A stretch of DNA of 64,000 bases, taken from assembly GCA_013239625.1 (NCBI GenBank), contig MU054400.1, forward strand, positions 789,146 through 853,145, given 5' to 3'. Positions 47,595 through 61,270 of the stretch are shown in pieces. The stretch is from Lama guanicoe (Eukaryota). The position numbers and the translations under genes were made by a program. The notes beneath the pieces were generated by a model. It was given only the letters and a program-made list of their open reading frames with translations, was not told the origin of the DNA and did no database searches. Numbering within the stretch: the stretch's first letter is position 1; every line of letters starts with the position of its first letter.

Positions 47595-48870
47595 TCATAA
47601 ATAAAGACCGTTAGAGCAGTTTTAGGTTTGAAGCAAAACTGAGAGGAAGGTACAGAGATTTCCCATGTACCCTCTGCCCCCACACACGCATCGCTTCTCT
47701 TATTATCAGCATCCCCCACTAGAATGGCACATTTGTTACAATTGATGAACATACATTGACACTTTACAGTCATTTATAGTCTATAGTTTACCTTAAGTTT
47801 CACTCTTGATCCTGTACATTAACGAATGTATAACAACATATATCCATCATTATAGTATAATACAGAATATTTTCACTGTCCTAAAAATCATCTGTGCTCT
47901 GCCTGTTCACCTTTCCATTCCCCAACCACTGGCAACTACTGATCTTTTTTCTGCCCTCACAGTTTTCTTTTTTATAATGTCCTATAGTTGGAATCGTACA
48001 GTATATTGCCTTTCCAGATTGTCTTTTACTTAGTAATATGCATTCAGAATCCTCCATGTCTTTTAGTTGCTTGAGAGCTCATTTCTTTTTAGCACTGAAT
48101 CATATTCCATTGTCTGGATGTATCACAAGTGACATCTCGGTTACTTTCAAGTTTTGGTAATTACAAATAAGGCTGCTATAAACATTTATGTACAGGTTTT
48201 TGTGTGGACTTAAGTTTTTAACTGATTTGGGTTTTAAATTCTAAGGAGCACGATGTAAGAGGCTGCCAGCTATCTTTCAAAGTGGTTGTATCATTTTGCA
48301 TTCCTACCAGCAATAAATGAAAGTTCAGGTTGTTCCATATCCTTACCAGCATTTGGTGTTGTCAGTGTTTTGGATTTTAACCATTCTAATTGGTATGTAG
48401 TGGAATCTCATTGTTTTTAATTTGTAATTCCTACGATGTGAAATGTTGAGAATATTTTCATAATTCTTACTTGCCATCTGTATATCTTCCTTAGTGAGAT
48501 GTCTGTTCAGATATTTTGCCCATTTTTCAAATCAGGTTGTTCATTTTCTTATTGTTGAGTTTTAAGAGGTCTTTGTATATTTGGCGTAAGTCTTCTGTCA
48601 GATGTGTCTTACGCAAATATTTTCTCCCAGTGTGTAGCCTGTCTTTTCCTTCTCTTGGCAGTATCTTCCAAAGAGCATGTTTTTAATTTTAATGAAGTCT
48701 AACTAATCAGTTCTTTTGTACATTTGGCTTTGCATCTAAAAAGTTAATCACCAAATCCAAGGTCATCTAGATTTTTTCCTATGTTACTTCTAGGAATTTT
48801 ATGGTTTTGTGTTTTATATTAGGTCTGTGATCCATATTGAGTTAATTTATGAAGGGTGTAGGGTCCGTGT
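47595..48870 (-). mobile_element. L1MC-like 3' end plus ORF2 remnant
   Basis: tagagcagttttaggttt...ggaaggtacagagatttcccat; continues into ORF2 3' sequence. Confidence 0.8.
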
Positions 48871-49829
48871 CGAGATACTTTTTTTTACACAAATAGTAGC
48901 ATACTTAATTTGCAGCACTCTTCTGTTTTCACCAAATATATACTTTCCATATTGTTCAAGAGTATCCTCATCTTTTTTTTTAATCTTGCACATTTAAGTT
49001 TATTGCTAAGTAATTTTATGTTTATTGTTGCTATTTCAGATAGGGTATTTGCTTCTATTTTCTAAATAGATATTTGTATGTGGGAGTAATAGTGAATTTA
49101 TTGGTGTTAATATGTACCAGCACCCAACTGGATTCTCTTACTACCTGGCATAATTTTCCAGTTGATTCTTTTTAGATTTCCAAGTAAAGTGTAAAATTTG
49201 AAAATTATAATCATTTTCTAACTTTTGCACTTTTCTTTCTCCTATTTAATTACATTGACTGGTATATGCAAAATATTGTTAAAAATTGTAATGATAGATT
49301 ATTCTTATCTTTTTCCTGGCTTTACTGAGAAAGCTTGTGACACTTAACAGAGATTTTGTTGGGTTTTGGGTTAGATACATATGCGTTACCATGTTATTGA
49401 AGTATCTGGCTTTTTAAAAAATAATCAAGAATGGATGTTGGGTTCTGTTGCATACCTTCTCAGCATCTTTGAAAATGATCATATGATTTTTCATTCCTCA
49501 TTCTGTTAATGTTTGGCCCATTTGCTAAATATTGTGACCTGGTGTTGTATGGTTATTATTTAGAACCAGTTAAGGAAGGTGGAGAAGGATCTAGACTTGA
49601 CCACTTGGTTGAAATAAGACTTGCCTGGGACTGAGTCAGCCTCACACATAGAAAAATATGTAGAAGATGGGTCCAATCTGATAGGCTGGGCAATTTTCAG
49701 GCCAGGGGAGTCTAATCCAAGATGAGAAAATCGTCTCAACAGAGAATTACAAAGATAATAATAGGTACTGTTTATTGAGTGGTTAACATGTGCCCTGCCC
49801 TATGCTAAGGTGAATTTTACACACACACA

Positions 49830-50185
49830 CTCCATTAGTTACTACATGTGTGACCTTGTGCAAGCTTCTAAAATTCTTTTTATTCATCTTCCTCTTTGTA
49901 ATGTAGGTTTGATGATAATACCTACCTCATGGAGTGATTAAAATTTTTTTTGACGTGTAGTTGATTTACAATGTTAGTTTCAGGTGTACAGCAAAGTGAT
50001 TCAGTTACACATGTACATACACGTATTTTCAGATTTTTTTCCATTATGTTATTACAAGAAATTGAATAATATAGGTTTGATGATAATACCTACCTCATAG
50101 AGTGATTTTAAGAATTGAGTTAGTATATGTAAAGAATTTAGAACAGTGCCTGGCATATAGTAAGTACTCAGGTGAGAGCTGATGC
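49830..50185 (+). mobile_element. MIR interrupted by a short antisense L1 tail (49940-50066)
   Basis: tgtgaccttgtgcaagc...ataatacctacctcatagagtg...tagaacagtgcctggcatatagtaagtactca. Confidence 0.8.
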
Positions 50186-53179
50186 TACTGTCTTGTATTC
50201 CTTACAGCAACCCCATGAGGTAAGTATCACTGAACCAGTTCTATATATATATGGGGAAATTAAGGCCTGTAGGGAGTTTAAGGTTACATAGATTCCAGGT
50301 TCTTTGGCTTATTAAGTCTGTCTGCCTTAATTTTGCCTGGCTCCCAAAGGAGGATACTTGGATGTTCAGACTGGGAGATTTGTCAGGAAATTGACTGGTA
50401 AGAGGACCAGATATATCCCTGCTACTGGAGTTTGGAACAGAGTACAGTCTTCAGGAAGACACTGGCTATGGTAAACAGAATATACTTTTAGAATAAGAAC
50501 TTCAGAATTAGAGTTGGGGCATACATTGGAATTTGGGCTGAATGAAAGAGGTTGGAGTCCAGTAATCAGACCATTCAGGATTCAGCTGAGTCTGAAGATT
50601 AAGGGCTTTAAATAGTAATCAAGTTAAGATTGTCCTTGGAAGTTAGGGATGCACTGATTTTGTGGGTATTGAAAGTGGCAATAGCTACAAGTGTGATTAT
50701 GCCAGAAACGGGGAATGAGGGCCATCATTAGTTACTTCACTGCTCAATCACCTGTATTTTTACTTGTCATCTCATGATACTAGACCAGCTGTGCCCTGAT
50801 ATCAGCTGGGCTCATGAGCTGCTGAACTCATGGTTTAGATGCCCTTTGCAATAACAAGTTTCATTTGCTTCCTGATGGCTAATGACTTAACTGACCTGCC
50901 TATTTGGATTCCTGACTTTTGGCTTACTCTTAACCTTTTGAAATTTGCCCCTCCAAATCCTGCCAATTTAGATTCCTTACTGCCTTCACATTACTGATTT
51001 GACACTTCTTTCCTTTTAATTAAATTTAGTTTCCATTTATGAAAATAATTCAGATTTATAGTTTTGTTTTTTTCTTTAGATTTATAGTTTTAAAAGTCAA
51101 ACATACTATAAAGTTTATAAGGAAGTTACTACTCTCCACTATGCCAAAACAACCTCTTTAGGCTATTTTACAAATGGAGCAAAAGTGAGTCTTTGGTTAC
51201 TTCCCATGGTTACGTCCAGCATAAGCAGCACCTGAGGTGAGCCCCACCCCAGACTCAGTCTCATACACCAGTTTTTATTTTAATCAATTTTTTGTTATTG
51301 TTCCCAGGATTGAGTTAATAATCATACTTCTCAATTCATGGCTTTTTATCATTATTTTGCCTGTAGCAGGCCTTTTCTTTTGTTGGATGGTATGTATATA
51401 TGTATCCATTTCTTTTTATTCCCATCCCTGTTTCTTTTCCCCTCTTATCTCTTAGGCAACCATTCTAATGAGTTTATGAAATCCTTTGGTAGGCACTCTT
51501 TTTTAAATTATTAAATTTTTAAAACAGTCACCAACTTAGAGCTTTCTTCCTGAACCATTTGAGAGTAAGTTGCTAATCTCTGATGTCCCACCATTACTTT
51601 GAGTATTTGAGTTAATTTCCCACAAACAAGATTATTCTGTGTAATCATAATTATCAACAGTCAGAAAATTAGGGTTGAGACAGTACATCTAATTCTCAAG
51701 CCCCGTTCTACTTTGCAAATTATCTTAATACTCTTCATAGTAGAAGGACCCAGTTCAGAATCATGTGTTGGTTTTAGGAATTGTACTGTTTCTATAATGT
51801 CTTTCAGACTATAATCATTCCTTAGTCTCCTCTAGACTTTCATGCCCTTGGCAGGTTTGATGGACACTTATTTTGTAGAATGTCCCTCAGTTTGTGTAAG
51901 GAAAATTTCCTCATGTTTATTTCAGGAAGCATGTGATTTTGATTTGTCTCATTACTGATGATTGGTCACTTATGAGATGTCTGGTGATCTAGCAGGCTTC
52001 TATAAAGTTATCTTTCCTTTTTAATTAGTAAGTATTTTGTTGGGAACTATTTTGAAGCTACATAAATACTCGATTCCTGTTCAACTTTAAATTTATGTAT
52101 TTATGTCTGTATGGATTTATAGTTTCCTGTTTTATTCAGTGGGTAATGATTGTATGCATTCAGATAAAATATACATTTCATATGCATACATATTACACTG
52201 GCATAAACAATATTTAATTTTATTTTCATATATAACAACATATTAAAGTATGATCTAAATCTGGACGGTCGTATTCCAGAATGTTCAGGATGATTGTCTG
52301 GTTGGTAGTGAGTAAAACTCCACCATGATGAGATAAGTGGAGCATAGAAAATTTAATCACACAAAATATGAGCACAGTGTTACTTCTATCTGAACTGAAG
52401 TTAAGGAATCCAGCTGCTTGATCCAAATCTGACCTGATCATGGCTGCAGTTTGGTGCCACCTGATGGCATTTGTCCACTTCAGTATCAGTATAGATGGGG
52501 ACATAAATCTGGCTGGCTAGGACTTCCAGGCATTGGCAGCAGTTTTAGACATGGTTAGTTGATGGCAGATTATTTGACAGTCTTGGGAGATTGGCCAGGC
52601 GAATACTGGGGGAATGAGAAGACCCATTTTCTACCTCCTTGCTTTCTAAGTCAGATGACCTTTCTTCTTTTAGGCCTCACTGTTGTCTCTTTCAGGGCAG
52701 GGGTGGATGTGTTTACTGTAATATCAGTGATTTTTATTTTCTCTATTTAATGTACTTTCTGATAATTCTTCAAATTAACGTGTGTGAAATGTTAATATTG
52801 TCTCAATGAAAATTAAGATTAATTTTAACAAAAAGACAAATCAGTTAAGATGTAAGGTTCAGCTGTCTCAGGAATAAGGGAAATCATGTTAAGTAGGTAA
52901 TTTATGTAGGAACTGTTTTCCATCACGGCGATTTTCAAGTAGTATTTATCTAAGGGGGACTTGTTCTGGCTATGTAAAAGGATTCTCTCTCCCAAAGCAA
53001 GTCTTGTCTTTAACTTTTCTATTTTAATTCTGTTATGTATTACCACCATTCTTGAAGTATTTTCGTATTTCTGCAGATTACTTTATCCACCCGCAAACGT
53101 TTTTGGATCTTAGGTGCACACGGTTAAGTTAATCATAATCCTCAGTTTATAGCCCATTGTTGTCATTGGTCTGTGCATA

Positions 53180-56100
53180 TTATATTCTCATGTTATTTCC
53201 TTTTTATCCCCAAGCTCCACTATAATTTCTCTCCTCCTGCCATAGCCTCATTCTACTTTATTTGTTTTTGTTCATATAAAATGTGTTTTGTTCTGTGTAC
53301 ATGTACTGTACTTTATGTAAATTAGGTATTTTTCATATTTCTTTCTAGTAATTTTTTCCTTCTAACTGGTATATTTTAAAGATCCATCCACATTGCTATG
53401 TGTACACCTGATTGCTCATGACTATTAATGATATTGTAGTATGCTTCCATCACAATTTAGCTGTCCATTTTCAGTGACAGCCACTCAGTTTGACTCCATT
53501 TTGTGATTGTCACTGCTATAGTGAACATCCAGGTATGGGTCTTGTTATATGCCTCTTTATGAGAATTTCTTTGGAATATAGAGCCAGGAGCTGAATTTCT
53601 GGATTATAGAGGATGTATACTTAATTTGACTAAATAGTGTAGGATTGTTCTCTAGAATAGTATTAGGAATAGAATAGGAAAGAAATTAATCTGCATTGTT
53701 AACTGGCAGTGCCTGATACTTCTTTTATCTTTTTTCAGCCAGCACTGACAACATGCAGCTTTCTTGTTTTTGTCAATCTCTAAATATAAAATACCTTGTT
53801 AAATAAATTTTCTATTTCTCTGATAATTTATTTGAGCGTCTGTTTACATGCTTGTTCTGTGTTTCCTCTTCAATAAAGTGTCGATTGATCTTTTTCTTGG
53901 CCCATTTTTTTGGAATGCAGTTACTGTTTTTTCTTGTTGAGTTATATAAGAGTTTTTTGTATTTGAAATATCTTCACTCAGTACAAGAAGAGAAACTCAG
54001 ATTTGAGGTAATCAAGTCAATAGATCTTTTACCTTATAAAAGCACAAATTCTTTTTTGACTGAAAAAGTTCTTTAGCTTTATTGTTTAATCTTTCATGTT
54101 TAGGTCTTTAATGTATCTTGCAAATATCTGTGGAGGCTCTGCAGGGATCCAGTATTATCTCCTTACAGAGAACTAGTTTTCCCAGCACCATTTACCAAAT
54201 GATCTCTTTTTCCCAAGATAATTTTCTTTAATATTCATAGAATTCCTTTCTCAAATGTTAAATTCCCATATAGCTCTGAGTTCTCTATTCTGTTTCTTGG
54301 TCTGTTCTCAAGACATTTTGTTAATTTGTTGGGACAGTGTTGTCTCCTGCCCCTTATTCCCTCCACCCCCAGATTGTCTTACTCTCTTTTTTCCCATAGA
54401 AATTTTAGAATAAGTTTATTGAATTAAACAGGAAACAACTGGGACTCTTAATGGAATTTTATATTGAATTTATAGATTAATTTGTTAGAGAATTGACATA
54501 GAATATTTCCCTATATCCTTTGTTCGAGTTTTAAAGTTTTCACTACAGAATTCTTAATCAAGAGTACATAATTCTCAGCTACTTTATAGTTTGTGTTGCT
54601 ATTATACATGGCATCTTGACCTCTTAAATTTCTATATATCATATTAAATATATACGATTGTGGTAAGATACACACAATACACCACTTACCACTTAGCAAT
54701 TTTTAAGCTTACAGTTCAGTGTTACTAGATACGTTCATATTGTGCAGCCATCACTACCATCCATCTCCATGTCTTTCATCATATAAAACTGAAACCCGTT
54801 AAACAGTATTCCCCCATCCTCCTCTCCCCTCAGCCCCTGGCAGATACCATTATACTTTCTGTCTTTATCATTTTTGACTACTCTTAAATACCTCATGTAA
54901 GTGGACTCATACAGTATTTATCTTTTTGTGACAGGCTTATTTCATTTAGAATGATGTCTTCAGATTTCTGTGTTGTAGCATATTGCAGAATTTTCTTGCT
55001 TTTTAAGGATGAGTGGTATTCCATTTGTGTGCTTGTGTCTATCTAACTTAGATAAGGTCTTTGTCCATTTTTGAATCAGGTTTTTTTGTTTTTCAGTTTA
55101 TGAGCGCTCTATATATTCTGGACGTTAATCTCTATCAGATATATGATCTGCAAATGTTTTCTCTGTGTTATATTTTCTAATTGGTTATTGCTTGGGTAGA
55201 CATCTGATACTGACTTATAGGTTGATTTTATGTTTGTTAATTTGGCTGAATTCTTTCTTCTAGTAGTAAGCTGGTTTTTATAGATTATTTCTGAAAATAA
55301 TGACAGTTATCTTTTCCCTTCCAATCCCTAGATTTTTCTAAGTTTTTTTTTTATAGTAATAGCATATTAAGTACTACCTGTGACAGTCAACCTTATGTTA
55401 TTTGCAATCTCAAATACTACATTTAAGGTTTCTTATTTAGTATAATGATTGTTACAGGCTTTTGATCTATATAGCCATTACCAAGTTAAGGAAGTTTCCT
55501 TTCTATTCTAGTTTATGACTCTCCTAAAAAAAAGTTTTTTTTTTTAAATCATTCATAGGTGTTAAAATTTGTTCAAAACATTTTCTGCATTGATAGAGAT
55601 ACCCATTTTCTCCCAGTCTGTTTATGTAGTCAGTTACATGATGGATTTTTCCCTATATTGAACCATCCTTACACGCTAAGGAAAAATTTTTCCTGATAAT
55701 AATGTATTTTTAAAAAGTACACTGTTGTAGGGGAGGGGATAGCTCAAGTGGTAGAGCACATGCTTAGCATGCCCAAGGTCCTGGATTTAATCCTGGGTAC
55801 CTTCTCTAAAAATAAATAAATCTAATTACTTCCCCTCACCCTTGAGAAAATTAAATAATAGAATAACAAATAAATAAAAATTTAAAAAAATTTAAAATAA
55901 TAACAGTTGGAGTCATATACCTAGTATTGTATTTATTTGTTCCCTTTTTTGAAAACAAGTGACAAAGAGCTGTAATTTTAATTTCTTATATTTTCTTTTA
56001 TCTCATTTTGAAGTTAAGATTATATATGCCTCATAAAATGACCTGGCAGCTTTTGCTGTTTTTTAAACTTTAGAAACAACATACATAAAACAGGACTCAA

Positions 56101-57280
56101 CTTTTCCTTAAAAGTTGTTTAAAACTTAACCTGTAGAATCATCTTGGCCTGGAGTTTTTTTCTTTTTGAAGAAAGAAGTTTGTAGTTACCGAATTAATGT
56201 TTTCAGCAATCCTTGTTGGTCTATGTAAGTTGTCAGTTTTTTGGGGTTTTTTTTTTTGTACCAGTTTAAGCATTTTATATTTTTCTGATTATTTCTTCTT
56301 ATCTAGATTCTCAAGTAATTACCATGAAGTCATTCATAATCGCTTCTAAATTTTTTCTCATTTTTATTTAGTCTTGTTATATCTACCTATTTCCCCCTTA
56401 TTCTGTATTTTAAAAATTTGTGACTTTTTTTCTCTACCACATTTTTTGTTATTTTGTGTGAAGTCTGCCTATTTGGTTTCTTTTTAAACCACCTTTTAGT
56501 TTGGTTAATGTTCCTTATTTTGTTGTTGTTAATATCTCTTTCATTGATTTCTGCCTTTTATTATTTTCTTCCCTTTTGTTTCTTTTAGTTTGCTATGTTC
56601 TTTGTCCAGCTTCTTGAATTTAATACTTAACTCTTGATAATTTCAATTTTCCTATGTAGTTTTAACTATGTCACACAAAATGTAGTGTTTTGTCATTTAA
56701 TTCTAAGTGTTTCTTAATTTTCTTTATTTTTAACACAACTTATTTAGTATGTTTAGTTTTTAATCATGGGAGTTTTTTTAAGCTCTTTTCATATTAATAT
56801 CTAACTTTATTGCATTATGGCTAAAGACCATAATCTCTGGGATATTGATCTTTTGGATTTTATCACGGATTCTTTTATGGCTCAAAAGACTTTTTCTCTC
56901 TGCTGGGTATTAAGTTTTATATATTGTCTATTTAATAGCTCAAGCTTACTATATTCAGATCATCAATATTTATACTTTCCCCCCTCTACATACATGATCT
57001 ATCAATTTCTGAGACAGAGGTGTTCTAATCTCCAGATACAGTTGTTAATTTATGTTTCTCTCTGCATGTTTCCCATTGGTTACTTGATACATTTTTTGGC
57101 TGTCTTTTTAGATACATACATGTTTATAATGGTTATGTCTTGTTCTGTTACTTCTTTGCTGAGTACATGCTGTTCTTCTTTGTCTCTTAAGGGCATTTTT
57201 TTGGTTTTGAATTGCATTTTATCGGATTGCTTTTCCAGTTCTTTTAGCTTATTTTTTCTTAGCACGTTTTTCTAACCTTT
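53180..57280 (-). mobile_element. Long old L1M (ORF2) remnant hosting younger L1MB-like (~54655-55165) and SINE insertions
   Basis: ORF 57080-57265 (SDKMQFKTKK..RDKEEQH...QDITIINMY) resembles the L1 endonuclease domain. Confidence 0.7.
55730..55895 (+). mobile_element. tRNA-derived SINE (vic-1 type)
   Basis: ggggaggggatagctcaagtggtagagcacatgcttagcatgcccaaggtcctgg, A-rich tail. Confidence 0.9.
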
Positions 57281-58069
57281 TGGGTTTTTTTCAGTATTTT
57301 TTGAATCGTGTAGATAAGAAAATAGTCAGATTTTGAAACAGATGAAACAGGAACTTAAAATAAGCATGGTAAATACATTTAAGAAATTAAAGAATTAAAA
57401 TTGTACTTGTCTGGTTTTATCTACCTCTTACTACAGCTGTATGTATTCTTCAGGTGATTATTTTGGTTCGTGAGCTTCTTTTTCCTGAGGTTTTCAGCTA
57501 CTATGTTTGGTTTTCAACTCCTATTAGGGGGAAATAGTGAAAGTCCAAGTCTACATCTGTGTACATTTCTGGGGAAAGGATTGAGCTCCATGCACTGTAA
57601 AATCAGTGTTGGTCATTCCTGTTTGCTGCTCCTTCATCATGCAACAACACTGGATGGGGCTTTACTTTGGAACTCACAGTTACTAGTGGAAGGAGGCCTT
57701 AGATTATAATCTACCAGTCCTGGAGATCTAGAGGAAAGGAAGAAAGGCTTGAAAGAGTGAATGCTGAGGGTAAGCTAATCAACTTGCACTTGTTTTTATC
57801 ATTGCCTTAACAGTAGCAAAGCTTTTGCACTGTCCTGATTTTTACACTGCAGATACCTGCATAGTGCAATTAGACTGTTGATTTATTTGGAGAAAAGGGT
57901 TAGGCAGTCATCCCAAAGCATAAACAGGGGAGAACCAAGAACAAGATATAAAAAAGCCTTTTACCACCTTGTTCTTTCCAGAGGCAGCACTCAGCAAAGC
58001 ATCATTTTCTCAAGATTTTTTATTTTGTTTACTTTATCAAAGTAATATGTGCATATAGTTGTGTTTTAT

Positions 58070-58372
58070 TTTGTAACTTTATACCCATTGACAGCAACTT
58101 CCGTATTTTTCCCTTGCCCCATTCGCTGGCAGGCACCATTCTATTCTCTGCTTCTGTGAGTTTCACTATTTTAGATACCTCAGTATAAGTGGAATGATGC
58201 ATATTTGTCCTGTAACTGACTTCACTTAGCACAAAGCCATCCATGTTGTCACAAATGGTGAGATCTCCTTTTTTAAGGCTGAATAATATTTGGTTGTTTT
58301 TATACACCACATTTTCTATATCTCTTGGTCCGTTGATGGACATTTGAGTTGTTGGGATATTTTGACTATTGC
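58070..58372 (-). mobile_element. L1MA-like 3' fragment
   Basis: caccattctattctctgcttctgtgagtttcactattttagatacctc...gttgatggacatttgagttg. Confidence 0.75.
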
Positions 58373-58688
58373 AGTTAATGTGTACATAGTTGTAAGAATA
58401 AATATTTCTAGATGTATGATGTCAAACAGCAGTACCCTGCTTTACATATTCCCTCCCACATTTCCTCTCTTCAGTCTTGTTTTCTGATAGTTTTTACCTA
58501 TACATTTTCTAAGTGGTATGTTTGCACTGTTAATGATTTTTGAGTTTTTAATATTTTCTTTTGACTTACTGTTATGGAACCTAAAAATTTAGCCATCCTA
58601 TATATGCCATCACCCCTTATCACCATTTCCTCTTCTATCTTTCCCAATATGTTTGTAACAAAATCTAGTGTTTTCTTTGTTTTTAATA

Positions 58689-58994
58689 CAGTGGGCTCTG
58701 CTTCCATGGATTCCACATCTATGGATTCAATCAACCATGGATCAAAAATATTCGAGGGAAAAAAATTCCAGAAAGTTCCAGAAAACAAAACTTGAATTTG
58801 CTGTGTGTTGGCAACTGTTTACATTGTATTAGGTATTATAAGTAATCTCAAGATGACTTAAAATACATGGGAGGATGTGTGTAGGTTATATGTAAATACT
58901 ACGCTATTTTATATAAGAGACTTGAGCATCCTTGGATTTTGATATCCCTGAGGGTCCTGAAACCATTCGCCCTGTGGATACCGAGGGACAGCTG
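58689..58994 (+). mobile_element. MER2-type Tigger MITE
   Basis: TA|cagtgggctc...ggattcaatcaaccatggatcaaaaatattcg...ggataccgagggacagctg|TA. Confidence 0.85.
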
Positions 58995-61224
58995 TATATA
59001 TAATAAGTATTACGTTGATTTCTTTCTCCCTTTTGTATAGTGTGATTACATTTCCATTTTACTTGGTTTCCTTTGTCACTCTCTTTTGTGATTCCAAATT
59101 CTCTAATTGAATTACAAACCCCCTTTGAATACTGTTTTCCATATGGTCAAATAGATTATTCTTGTTTTCATTTTAAGTCTTTTATAATTTATTATGCTTA
59201 CCATACTTGGAGGCTTCTTTCAATCTGGAAACTCAGTAGTTTTTAGTTCTGAGATATTTTATTAAATTTTTTAATTCTCTTTCTTCCATTTTCTTTCCTT
59301 TTCCTGGAACTCCTCTTACTTTGATGATAGGTTAGATTCTCTAATTTTCATATTCTCTTGTATTTTCTATATTTTGTCTCTTCATTGTACTCAAGAAGGT
59401 TTTCTCAACTCTAATTTTAGTAATCTTTTGATACATGTTTTTAAATTTTGATTATCATTTTAAAAACTTTATTATTGAAAATATAAACATTAAAGTGGAG
59501 AGAGTCTTAAAAAAACTGATGTACCTATCACGTACTTGAGTGATTAACATTTTGCCATATTGTTTCATTTCTCTCTCTAGTTTCTTAGAGCAGATTTAGA
59601 CATCATGCCATTTTACACATAAATAATTCAATATGCTCCTCTATGGTTTCTTATTATTAATTGGAAGGCTTTCTGAGTTTTCCCTTTCATCATTTACATA
59701 TATTTTTGTGTGACAATAAAGACCTTATTTAAGTTTCTTTGTTTTGTTTTACAAAATGATTTTGTATTCTGTAAAACAGAATTTGGTTATTTAAATGTAG
59801 GTTTAATGTTTAGCATATAATTCTTGGTGGTCAGTCTATTTTATTTTAATTGCCTTTTAGGAATGCACATTTTCCAAGCAATTACCCGAAAGGAAATTCT
59901 CTTGATTGGGAATAACACTTTCCTTACATGCCAGATTTGGTCATAAGCTTCTTTTTCTTCTGACATCTTAGCTTTTGGTGTAAGTTTCTATTTTATTGAC
60001 TTCTGATTCCTAGTGCCTTCCCCCTGACATTTTCTATTAATTAGGTTGCCCTAGCAAGTACCATTGTGAGAGACTTAAGAATGCAGCATCTTGTGTTGGC
60101 ATAGCATAATATTCCATAGCACTGTTTCCATCACTCTTTGGCCAAGTAAAAACATTGCTGCCAATATCTTTCTAAATGAATCCTCATGTATCACGTTTGT
60201 GCACTGTTGAATTCATGTGTATTTGAAGTCAGAATTTTCACAGATCCATGGTTGTATAACATCAAATTTCCATTTATTACTTGTTTGTTATGTCTGACAC
60301 ATACTTTTTTTCTTTCTGCGGGTGGTGTGGTAAAAAAGAATGAGTAGACTGTTAAATTTTAACAAGCTATTCTTCAGCAATTAGATAATGCAAGGCAAGA
60401 AAGATCTGGCTTTGTCGTCAGTAGTTTTAATGAGGATCTATTTTCTGTACCTGAGGAATTTTTTATTTTGAAAAGAGATGACAGATAATTATATTAAGCT
60501 TTATTATTATTTGACAGGGTAAAATATGGATTAGTAAAGAAAGGGGTTTTACATCTTCATTCTGTTGTTCACTAAATGATTGTCACTGGAGGTATCATTT
60601 GATGATCTACTTTTATCTTTGGTAATAAAATTTTATTGCTTGTCATCTGATACGATAAACAGAACTAAGATTTTTTCCTTTCTCTCTTTTGCCATTGCCA
60701 TTATCAAAAAAATCTAGACTTTTCTCTCTCATAGCTGGTGAGTTAATTTAACACCCCCTTCTGTTGTCATGCATACCCATACCAAACACATCCTTGCTCC
60801 TTATGTCAACCTTATGCTCAAGGATCTTAGTGTCTTTCCTTCATGTTTGTTAGGTAGAAATGCAGAAGATAGTATAAAGGCAAAATGTTGTTAGATTCCT
60901 TTTCCAGTTTTGAAAAACGATGCTTGGCATGTATTTCTCTCTGCTTGGCTGAATTATATGCTGTGTACTTTTATTTCCCACTAGTATATGCCTAAGAATA
61001 TTATCCTGTATTTTTAAAAGTTGCTGACTCATTTTGCATATAGGAGTGGTTTTCTGTCTAAGCTTCTCAGTGCCCTAGAGAGTCCATTAAAAGGCTGCTA
61101 AATAGTGTAATATATTTTCTTCTTTTTGGTTTGTTCACGTCCTTTACCTGTTTAATATGGATAGATTTGTCTTTATGTTTTGATTAGAAGCACTCTTTAT
61201 AAAAGAGTACTAACCTTTTGTCAG

Positions 61225-61226
<2 letters not shown>

Positions 61227-61270
<44 letters not shown>
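61227..61270. repeat. (GATA)11 microsatellite
   Basis: Direct count. Confidence 0.95.

Noticed and set aside
56817..57275. 152-aa ATG-initiated hydrophobic ORF
   Set aside because: Antisense frame of an old L1 ORF2 endonuclease region; T-rich composition explains the hydrophobicity
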